64,000 nucleotides of DNA from Tubulanus polymorphus (Eukaryota > Animalia > Nemertea), in contig NC_134027.1 in assembly GCF_964204645.1 (NCBI RefSeq), positions 14,974,485-15,038,484 on the forward strand. Reading direction: 5' to 3'. The notes under the pieces were generated by a model. The model did no database searches, was not told where the DNA came from, and worked only from the letters and a program-made list of their open reading frames with translations. This document shows, piece by piece, positions 11,801 to 21,680 of the stretch. The translations under genes were made by a program, and so were the position numbers. The first letter of the stretch is position 1. Each line of letters starts with the position of its first letter.

Positions 11801-13980
11801 TAGTTGATTTAGAATATCCTGAAAATATAAAGTTTAAAACAAGAAACTTACCTTATTGCCCAGAACATTTAACTGTAGATGACAGTTATTTAAGTGAATA
11901 TCAGAAGAAAATAAAACCGAAAGATCATGTTTTTACAGAAAAATTAATACTTACTCAAAATAATAAATATAATTATATTGTTCATTATAGAATGTTAAAA
12001 TTTTATCTAAAACAAGGAATGAAATTAAAGAAAGTACATAGATATATTGAATTTAATCAATCGAAGTGGTTAGAAAAATATATAGATTTTAATACTCAAC
12101 AGAGAACCATATCAAAAACAGATTTTGAAAAAGATTTCTTCAAATTAATGAACAATAGTTTTTATGGTAAAACATGTGAAAAAACTAGAAATAGAAATGA
12201 TATTGAATTAGTAAATAATTCTGAAAGATTAAGACATTTACAATCAAGTCCTAGACATTTAGGAAATAAAAGATTTGAAGATTATTTAACAGCAGTTAAA
12301 TTAAAAAGAACGTCAATGAAATTTAATAAACCTATATTCATTGGTTCAACTGTTTTAGAAGTATCAAAATTATTAATGTATGATTTTTATTATAATGTTT
12401 TACAACCACTTTTTGGGGAAAAGCATATTGAAATATTATATTTTGATTCTGTAACAGCTGACACCCCAATATTATTAAAATGTAATGATAAAATATTGAT
12501 AAGAAGAATTTCAGAAATAATTCCAAAACAAAATCAATGTTATATTTCATATGGTGAAAAAGAATTAATACAAATAAATGGATTAATGGATGTTTGGACA
12601 AGAAATGGATGGAAAAAATTAAAGAATATTATTAGGCATAAAACAAATAAGAAAATCTATAGAGTTAGAACTAAATTAGGGTTTGTAGATATTACAGAAG
12701 ACCATAGTTTAATTAAACGAAATGGTGATGAAATAAAACCAACTGATATAAAAATTGGAGATGAGTTATTACATAAAAGATTTTTCCAATGAATGAATCA
12801 TATGTCATTTGATGAAATAATTGATAATATTTATAACATAGAACCCGAAACATTAGAAGAAAAAGAATATTTTATCAAAGGATTTTTCATGGGTGATGGT
12901 TCAGCAGGCGTGTATAATTATGTTTGGGGTAATAAATATTGTTGGTATTTATGCAATCAAGACTTAAAATTATTAGAAAGAATTAAGAAATTCTGTGAAG
13001 AAGTTTATTCACATAAAACATTCCAAATCATAGATGTTATGAAATCATCGCAATGTTATAGAATACATGTGAATAATCCTAAAGATTTTGCTATAAAATA
13101 TAATGATGAATTCTATATTCATGCAATAGTGAAAAGTAATACTTCAACAAAAGAAAAGATAGTACCAGATTATGTATTAAATGCAAAAAAATAATTTAAG
13201 AAAGTGGTTCTTCATTGGATTCTATGCCACAGATGGCACTAAAAAATTTACAAAGGATAAAAAGACAAAAGATAAAAAACATTTGCACAGAAAGGAAAAG
13301 TTGCTATATCAGGATTAAATATATTATGCAGTTCATTAGGATTTAATATGAATATAGAATTAATTAAATCTAAACCAAATTGTTTTAATTTAAGGCATGT
13401 AGAAAAAGAATTAACAGAAGAAGTTAAAGATTTATTTGAAATATACAACCCAACAGATTATGCTTATGATTTATCAACAGATGATGGAACATTCAATTCT
13501 GGGTTCCCATTAATCCAAAAAAATACCGACAGTTACATACTAAAAATCAAGACAAATGACATAACAAAAGACTTAAAAACATTAAACCATCATTTTGATT
13601 TTAGCAATTATCCCAAAGATCATGAACTATTTAGCAATGATAATAAAAAGATTCCTGGTAAGTTTAAAGATGAATTAGGGGGTGATGAAATGATTGAATT
13701 TGTTGGGATAAGAAGTAAAATGTATAGTTACAGAACAAAAGATCATGAAGCTAAAAAGTTTAAAGGAATAACAAAACATGTGGTTGATAAACATATAGAA
13801 TTTCAAGATTATATAAAGTGTTTATATAAATCAATTGTAATGAAACACAAAATGAATTGTTTAAGATCAGAAGATCACGAGATGTACATTAATGAAGTTG
13901 AAAAAACTAGTTTGAATCCATTTGATGATAAAAGGCATATTTTAGATGATGGTATAAAAACATTACCTTATGGCCATTAA
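8899..13980 (+). pseudogene. polB: Protein-primed family B DNA polymerase (pPolB) with N-terminal zinc fingers, a vOTU-like segment, an exonuclease with an HNH/EndoVII-like insert, and an intein; disrupted
   Basis: Joined from ORFs 8819, 9452, 10155, 11401, 12793 and 13348 across frameshifts in A-runs and in-frame stops; likely start is the ATG at 8899 (MGENEHQ...YYCQYC). Motifs: Exo I IYGDFES, Exo II FHNLSGYD, FLDSYRF, motif A YIDANNLYG, motif B KLMNNSFYGK, motif C YFD/TDS (split by the intein), GKFKDE, SKMY, KGI, FDDKR. Confidence 0.95.
12448..13524 (+). mobile_element. Intein (Hint splicing domain plus LAGLIDADG homing endonuclease) in pPolB motif C
   Basis: 1077 nt, net in frame between YFD and TDS. 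Block A SVTADTPILL; block B VDITEDHSLI; block C FIKGFFMGDGS; block E WFFIGFYATDG (in a shifted frame, 13205-13237); block F AYDLSTDDGTF; block G LIQKN|T. Confidence 0.93.
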
Positions 13981-15304
13981 AACATAAAATCAATATCATC
14001 ATACTCGAAATCACTATTGGCTTCTTCATTTTCATTTAATTGTTCTTGTATAATTTGTTTAGGTTCTTCTTCCATTTCATTTTTCTCATTTAAATAAAGT
14101 TCTATCTTGTTCCACATTTCATCTCGCTCTCTTTGTTTCTTTTTGTTTGTTAATTCGTCAAATGGAATTATAATATCTATGTTTAAATAATTTACAATCT
14201 TAATTAAAAAGAATTCATAATTAATTGAATCTGTTATTCTATTTCTCAAATGATACATTAATATTTGTTTAAATATTTTTTTTATATTTACCATATCTTC
14301 TTCTGTTAATTTAGGTTTTTCATAATAATCGTTAAATAATAAATATAAATACATTTTCTTTTCTTTTGTGTTAAATGTTTATGGAATAATTGTTTTTATA
14401 ATATCTTTTTTAGTTATTTCACCATTTTTATTTTCTATTATTTTCATTTTTTCAAGCCATTGCATATATTCTGGTGTATGATCTTCTATAGAAAATATTT
14501 TAAAAATTTCATCTAGATAATTTAATTTTGGTTCTATGAGAAAATTTCTAGTTTTTTCTTCACCCCATAAATTCTTTTGCCATCCACAATAAACACAAAA
14601 TAACACAGTACCTTCTTGTCTTAAGGTCGCGTAATTACATTGTGGGCATTTTCGTTTATAATTTATTGGTAATAGATCTTCATTAAGCTCTTGGTATTTT
14701 CTTACGTTTTCTTTATGTTTTATTGTTCTATTATGTAGATTTGAATTACTTGTTGTAATAATCAATTTACAATATTTACAATAATATGTTTTTCTTGTTA
14801 ATTCATTATATTGTTTTTCTAACTATTCAACTGTTTCTTTATTATCTGGTAACGTTTTCCCATATTTTATTTTTTCTAATAAATTATTTTTTCTTTCATT
14901 GAATTCAGTTTCAAATTTATTAGAAATTTTATCTATATGTGCTTTACGAAATTGATGATTCAATCTTCTATATTTTCAGGGCTATATTTCATTCGACAAG
15001 GCTCACAGAAATGATCTTTTATATTATCCTTATCATAGAATAAGAAAGGTCTTTTACAAATAACTTCAGGTTCAACTTCAGCAGAATTACTATTACTTTC
15101 GTTACTATCAACATTAGCCGTTGCGCCATTAATTTTACACTTCTCTGAATGTTTTTTAACATAATTTCTTGAAAATAATTTATTACATTTTGGACAGTTT
15201 AGTTTAGGGGGTTTATAATTTTCATCATGTTTTTTCATATGTCGAGCCATATTACTTTTTCTTAGAAGTTCACCACAAATTTCGCATGGTATCTTCTCAT
15301 CCAT
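13977..15304 (-). pseudogene. Multi zinc-finger protein fused to a poxvirus VLTF3(A2)-like transcription-factor domain; disrupted
   Basis: ORFs starting at 15304, 14765 and 14354 join across frameshifts and stops. N-terminal CxxC...H fingers, then CPQC...G..FCVYCG, and a C-terminal F...INYEFFLIKIVNYL...D.MWNKI pattern typical of VLTF3-like proteins. Confidence 0.65.
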
Positions 15305-15360
15305 TTATTAGGGGAAAAAATTACTAGTGGTGATGAGGTAATTTTTTTATGTTATAAATA

Positions 15361-16121
15361 ATGGTAGAATTAAAAGAATACAGAATATTTGTTGATTCTA
15401 GAAAACTTACAAATTATAATTCACATAATTTATTAGTTCAATTAGATAGAGAATTCAAGAATTGTGTAGATTTAAAATTAGTTAATATAAGTTTATGTAA
15501 TTCTTTTTATAATATATCGGATAAAACTATTGAACATAGAGCCTTTTTAATTTTTGATAAAGGTAAAAATGAATGGTCCTATATATATTTAAAACCGGGG
15601 TTATATAATTTAGATACATTAGCACAAGAAATTAATAGAAAAGCCTGGCACAAATTAGGTAGTAGTTCTGGGTTTAGTATTAGATTTTTAAAAAGTGATA
15701 GTTCTGATAGAATAAAGATAAGGTTGTCTAATAGTGAAAAACATAAATTTATGGTAAAAAAACCTATAGCTAAACTGTTAGGAATTCTTCCAGATATATC
15801 TTTTAAAAATATTGATGCTGTTACACCAAACTTAATACCTTACACACATTTTTATATTTATTGCAATTTAATCGATCCTACAAAAACATTCGAAGCAACT
15901 AAAGATATAACTTGTAATTCTGGTTTACTAAACATTTTACCATTGAAGAATGTTAAAGAATTAGGAACGCAAATAAATTATAATTTAACAGAATGTGATT
16001 TCAAACCATGCATTCCTCGTTTAATAATTTTAGATTAGAAATTAGAAATCACAATGGTTACTTAATTGATTTAAATAATTTCCCTGTAATTTATGAATTA
16101 GTTATAAGATGTACAGAGTAA
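15361..16121 (+). pseudogene. Minor capsid protein (penton, single jelly-roll), C-terminal frameshift
   Basis: IFVDSR...YNI...PGLYN...FYIYCNLI...LLNILP. The shifted frame continues as FRLEIRNHNGYLIDLNNFPVIYELVI, a typical minor-capsid C-terminus. Confidence 0.75.
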
Positions 16122-16137
16122 TTTTTTCACTATATAA

Positions 16138-16392
16138 ATGAATATAACTGTTGGACCGAGTATATGTTTTGGGTTTGATTTTAAACATGGTAAAGAAATG
16201 AGAATTAAACTAAATGATGTAATTACTGATATAAAAAGTAAATCATTTAACAATGCATCAATGATTAATAAAGAAAACTATAATATAGAAAAAGTAATTG
16301 ATTTAATCAAATCACCTTTAGAATATTATGAATTAAATGAAGATGGAATTATTGATGATATTAAAAACATAATGAAACAAATGTTGAATTAA
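16138..16392 (+). CDS. Polinton hypothetical protein (84 aa)
   Basis: Intact ORF preceded by the element's TAATTTTTT...ATAAATG motif. Confidence 0.65.
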   Translation: MNITVGPSICFGFDFKHGKEMRIKLNDVITDIKSKSFNNASMINKENYNIEKVIDLIKSPLEYYELNEDGIIDDIKNIMKQMLN

Positions 16393-16445
16393 TCATCACT
16401 AAGATAACTAAATATTTTGATGATAGTAATTTTTTTGATGAATAA

Positions 16446-16664
16446 ATGAGTGATAATAAGTGGATAATAACTGGATTATATAATGGAGCATTACTATCAG
16501 TTGGAACTGTTGGTTATTCAATGGTATTAAAAGTATTTAAAATGGGAAGTGTTAATGTTGATAGATTTGATATAAATGATATCTTAAAATTAACATTAGC
16601 AGTTACTTTATCCAATTTAACTATTGATTATTTGGAAAAACAAAAATATATTCCTCCCATATAA
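16446..16664 (+). CDS. Small Polinton membrane-type protein (72 aa)
   Basis: Two hydrophobic segments; shared start motif. Confidence 0.7.
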   Translation: MSDNKWIITGLYNGALLSVGTVGYSMVLKVFKMGSVNVDRFDINDILKLTLAVTLSNLTIDYLEKQKYIPPI

Positions 16665-16688
16665 ATGTGTAATTATTTTACTAAATAA

Positions 16689-17111
16689 ATGGCTTCTGTA
16701 ATTATAACTATTATAGGATCGGCAATTGTTAACGCTTTAGCATTTACTGGTGGTGGATATTTATTTAAGCATATTGATAAAAATGGATCATTAACAGAAC
16801 AAAAAAGACATAACTTAGCATTAGAGAAATACAATAAAGCAGCAGAAGAATACAGAGAAAAACGACAAAACTATATGGATTATATTAACAAGGAATTATA
16901 TGATCAGAAGATTTCACATAGAGATTTTCAATCAGTTGATGATGCAATGAGTTTATATAACGCGGTAACCAATAAAGAAAAATTACATCTATACAAACCT
17001 AAATTATCAGATTATTATACCCCAAGTAAAGAACAACAGAAATATGAAATAATATGGATTTTAGGTGGAACAGTTATTGTTATATTTGTAGCATATAAAT
17101 TTACTAATTAG
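16689..17111 (+). CDS. Polinton protein with N- and C-terminal hydrophobic helices (140 aa)
   Basis: MASVIITIIGSAIVNALAFTGGGYLF...EQKRHNLALEK; C-terminal TM helix; shared start motif. Confidence 0.75.
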   Translation: MASVIITIIGSAIVNALAFTGGGYLFKHIDKNGSLTEQKRHNLALEKYNKAAEEYREKRQNYMDYINKELYDQKISHRDFQSVDDAMSLYNAVTNKEKLHLYKPKLSDYYTPSKEQQKYEIIWILGGTVIVIFVAYKFTN

Positions 17112-17130
17112 TAATTTTTTTTCTAAATAA

Positions 17131-17589
17131 ATGGAAGATAAAGTTGATAGTATTGATATTATTCCTCATGATATAAATAAAACTAAATTAAAAACATATT
17201 AAGAAAAACAAATATTAGAATTTGAAAATGACTTAAAGATAAAAAAGAAAAAATATTTAAAAAGTAAAATTATATATTATCTTATTATTAGTGGTTCGGT
17301 TACAATTAGTTCTGTAATAACATTTCTCGCAATATTCAGTCCATTAACACCTTTAGCTATATCAATTGGTGTATTAGGATTAAGTTCAAGTGTTTTAACT
17401 GGTATAAGTTCAAAATTAAATATAAAAAGTAATAAAGAAAAAATTAAAACTAATATAAAAGAAATTAATAAATTAAAGAATGCACTAGGTTATATAAGTT
17501 TGAATGGTCATATTACAGTTGAAGAACAAGATAAATTATTAAAAGAATTAATAAATTATAAATTTTTTAATTATATAAATGGCAGATAG
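17131..17589 (+). pseudogene. Two-TM coiled-coil Polinton protein with one premature stop (17200-17202)
   Basis: ATAAATG start. Reads MEDKVDSID...*EKQILEFE...IIYYLIISGSVTISSVITFLAIFSPLTPLAISIGVLGLSSSVL; not in the supplied ORF track. Confidence 0.65.
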
Positions 17590-18929
17590 TTTTCCAAAAG
17601 CTTTCCAATATAATAAATCAATTAAATATAATATTCCAGCAATAGATTTTAATAAAGATATTACATATAGAAATGAAGTTTTAGATTCATTAACTAATTT
17701 AGAAATTTATGTTACTGAAACTAATAATTTTAATGCAAAGATGGAAAATATATTTCATGTATATTTAATTAATTTTAAAAAATTGAAAGATGAAAAACAA
17801 TGGTTATTAAAATCTAATATAAAGTTTTGGCAGAACCAATTAAATTTTGCTGTTTATTGTGCAACAACAGGATGTGGAATTAGTTGGAATGATCATTTGA
17901 ATAATTCTAAATATAAATTAATTCAAAGTTTATTTAGATTTCATACATACTTTCAAATCAGAATAATATTAAATGAATTAGAGTATGCTTTACCAGGATC
18001 TAGATATTTTAAAGAAATTTGTAATGAATTTAATATAGATATAAATAATTCTGATTTTAGAACAAAAATTGGAACAATAAGATCACTTCCTTGCCCTAAA
18101 AAGATTGCAGAATATTGTGCACTTCCCATACCATCTAATAGTTTATATAATATCTATAGTAATAAATTAGGTGGTAAAATAGAAACTAAGGATTTAGAAA
18201 CATTCAATTTCAATAAATTACCGACATTTTATGATAATTCAAAACAAGAAAACAATAATGGTTGGGTTTATTTCATTTTAGAAATAATAATGAAGGTTTT
18301 ACAAAATCAGGTATACAAAGAATAAATCAATCTATTAGAACTTATTTGATATGTATTTTAGGTGCGCAAGTTGAAACAATATCCCCAATAATTGGAAATT
18401 TAAATACATCATTTGATACACAGAAACAATTCAAAGTATTATTTGAAGATTCTATTCATAATGATAAAAATAGATCGATTCCAGAAAACATTGTAAGATA
18501 TCAAAATTATTTAGATAAATCACATATTAGATTAAATTATTGTATAGGCCCTAATCTATTAATTATTTCTAATGATTTAGTATTAAAGAGGGAAATATAA
18601 TTGGTTATAATAATCTAATTAAAACTGCAACAATAAATAATTCATTTGGATTGAATGATATAAATAAAAAGATTATTACTGCTCCAAAATTAATGGAAGG
18701 TGAAAAAAATAAAAAACACATTCAATCAACAGAAACTAAAACTAATAATATCAAATTAAATAATGATTCTAAAATAAAAGATTAAAATACATCAGAAGAT
18801 ATAAAAACTGATAACATTCAGTATGAAATAATTAAACTAAATGATGATAATAAATCCCATGAAAATACTAAATTAGCTTTAACTTGTATAGGAATTGTAA
18901 TCGGAGGAATATTATATTTTAGATTTTAA
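17579..18929 (+). pseudogene. Polinton protein of unknown function (WQNQLNFAVYCATTGCGIS motif), frameshifted, C-terminal TM
   Basis: ORFs 17579 and 18262 plus a shifted tail ending in a hydrophobic helix (LALTCIGIVIGGILYF). Confidence 0.65.
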
Positions 18930-18939
18930 TTTTTTTATT

Positions 18940-20382
18940 ATGTTAATGGAAGAAGGTGGAGAAGATTATGAAATGGAAGGCATGGGAAATAATGATGATG
19001 CCAATACAAACGATGATGATTATATGACTGCTGATACTAATATTGATAATGATAATGATACAACATATAATTCTAATTTAGCAGATAGTGGTTCTAAAGC
19101 CCCATCAACAGATGAATTTGATAGAAGAACTAGGTCGAGAATACCTCCTGAAAATTTAAATCAAGGTTTAGAAAGAGAAAATTTTGAAAATTATGAATTT
19201 ATGTATGATTTTCAACGTGTATTTAAAGATTCTGGATATAATATAAATAATAGAGGCGCCAGACTTTTAGTACAAGATTTAAAGTTTTTAGATGGTGAAT
19301 ATTATTATCGTGTGAAAGAAAAATCGGATTATTATATTAATATCTCTAATAAAAATCAAGACAAAATAATAGCAAAATCAACTTTGCTTAAGTCTGACTC
19401 ATTACTATCTAGAATTAAGAGAATAAGAAATAGTAATGAAATAGAAGATGTAACACAAGAAGAAATAAATCAAAATAAAAGAGTATTTAAACGAAGAATT
19501 AATAAATTATTTGAAACAATCAAAGATAATCCAAAAACAGAAACAACTTCTGAACAGAATATAACTTCCAAAACTAGTAAACTTAAATCAAATAAAGTTC
19601 CAATTGAAAAACTTTTACCAAATGGATTAATTGATGCAACAGACCAACAATTAGAAGATTTAAATAATATATTTTCTGAAAAAGCAATAAGATAAAATTG
19701 CGCATGATAAAAGTATAAGAGATTTAAAAATAGAACTTTAGAAGATGAATTATTTAAATCAAGAAAAGAATCGGAACAACTAAAATTAGATAGAGATAAT
19801 AAAGTTATTGAAGAAATCGAATTTAAAAAAAGAAATGCATATTTAGAAAAAGAAATTGATGATTTAGAATATAACATAGAATTACAAAAAGAAGAAATTA
19901 AATTATTATTAAAATCATATGATTATTATATTAATAGATTAAAAGTTATTTTTAAAGATTTATTGATAAAACCAAATTCTGAAATATCATTGAAAGATAG
20001 AATAAAGTTATTATTTAAATTAGAAGGAATAACAATTCTTTCAATTCTAACAGCTGTAACTATGTTATTTACAACAATTGGTTTAGCAATATCAAATGCT
20101 TTAAAATCTACTCCTACTCCAAATAAACCAGATAAACCCCCAGATAATAATTCTATACAAGATAAAGTTAAGGATGGTTTAAAGAAATGAGCAAAATATT
20201 TATGGGAACTATCTAAAAAATCTGCTGCAGCTTTACCAGGAGTTATTGCATCAATTGTTGGTTTTATATTGAAATCTGCAGGAAATATTCTTAACTTTGC
20301 TGCTGAACATATTATTTTATTCTTAATTACAGTTGTAAGTGCTATTATTTTTGGGCTAGTGAATATGATTAAAAATAAATGA
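18940..20382 (+). pseudogene. Large acidic/coiled-coil Polinton protein with C-terminal hydrophobic helices; disrupted
   Basis: ORFs 18940 and 19963 and downstream read-through: LFKLEGITILSILTAVTMLF...KKSAAALPGVIASIVGFIL. Confidence 0.65.
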
Positions 20383-20402
20383 TTAATTTTTTTGTTAAAT
20401 AA

Positions 20403-21650
20403 ATGAGTGGGAGTTATATAAGTCCTTCTAAGATTTCTAGAATATCTAATGCTATTAAAGCAGAAAGATCTCATCATATAATTACTCATAATCCTTCAAA
20501 TATTAATCCCGATGAAACTTTATATGTTAGAATTCCTAGATTAACACAAAATACTTTTTATGTTCCAAATAGTATTTATTTATCAGCCGATATAAAAGTA
20601 ACCGGTCATGATAATAATTATGTTGTCGATAATGTTGGAAGATATTTGATTAAAAAATTAACTATAAAGATTGGACCAGAAACAGTTTTCTCATTAGATG
20701 ATTATAATTTATTTATGCATTATAAAGATTTATGGTTAACTAAAGAAAATAGAAATAATATGATATTTCAAGGCATCCAATCAGAAAACCATAATAAATT
20801 AAGATCAGGAGCTAATGACGCAATAGTAACTCGTGCCACTGATAATTTGATTAAAAAGATTTATGGAAGCAAATATAAAATTCCATTAGACTTTGAATTG
20901 ATAAATAATAATGCACCTTTACATAAATACGCAATTCAAGAAGATATTATATTTGAGATAACATTTGCTCCTGTAAATGAAATTGTATTATCTAGCGTTG
21001 TTTAAGATATGGGTTATAAATTATCAAATATATGTTTAGAATATGACACAGTAACTAATGAAAATATTGCTAGCACAATTCAAACTCAATACAATCAAGG
21101 ATTTTCATTATTATATGATTATATTGATAAATTTAAAACTGTAACTATTAATGCAAATGATGAAATAATTAATGAGAATATTAACTTCCCAAGAAGATCT
21201 ATTAAAGGTATATTAATATCTTTTACCATTGCAACATATACTAATGGCGCAATAAATGTTGATAATTATTATAATCCTGAAATAACAAAAGTAGAAATAA
21301 CTATCGAAGGAATAGCAAATAAATAATTTTGTCAAGGAATGAGAATGATAGATCAATGGCCAGAAATTAGAAAACATTTTATGAATGAAAAAGTAAAATC
21401 ATTTGAAAATTGTAATATTAATCAAATTGATTATTATACCGGTAATAAACATGCATTATGGTTAGATTTTAGAACAACAGAGGATAATTCATTACATGGT
21501 TCTGGAAAAAAATTACAAAACACTAAAGATGGAATACAATTATTCATGACAAAGAAAAAAGGGAGCCTAAATTTCAAAATGCATATTTATATTATATCTG
21601 ACGCGCAATTAAATATTATAAATTCACAATTAGATAGTATTCAATATTAG
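20403..21650 (+). pseudogene. Major capsid protein (double jelly-roll), two in-frame stops
   Basis: ORFs 20403, 21009 and 21339 are all in one frame (~415 aa): HNPSNINPDETLYVRIP, DNVGRYLIKKL, NINFPRRSIKGIL, YYNPEITKVEITIEG, ALWLDFRT...HGSG, IISDAQLNI. Confidence 0.8.
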
Positions 21651-21680
21651 AAATATAAAGTTAAAATTAAGGATATATAA

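Noticed and set aside
12448-13524. Alternative readings of the polB insert as a group I intron, spliceosomal intron or hedgehog Hint domain
   Set aside because: It is net in frame with Ser...Asn|Thr junctions, has intein blocks A, B, F and G plus an internal LAGLIDADG pair, and lacks GT-AG ends.
19470-20489. Minus-strand ORFs of 135 and 187 aa (also 11475, 12338, 13248, 25947)
   Set aside because: Antisense shadows of plus-strand viral genes, lacking the ATAAATG start motif.
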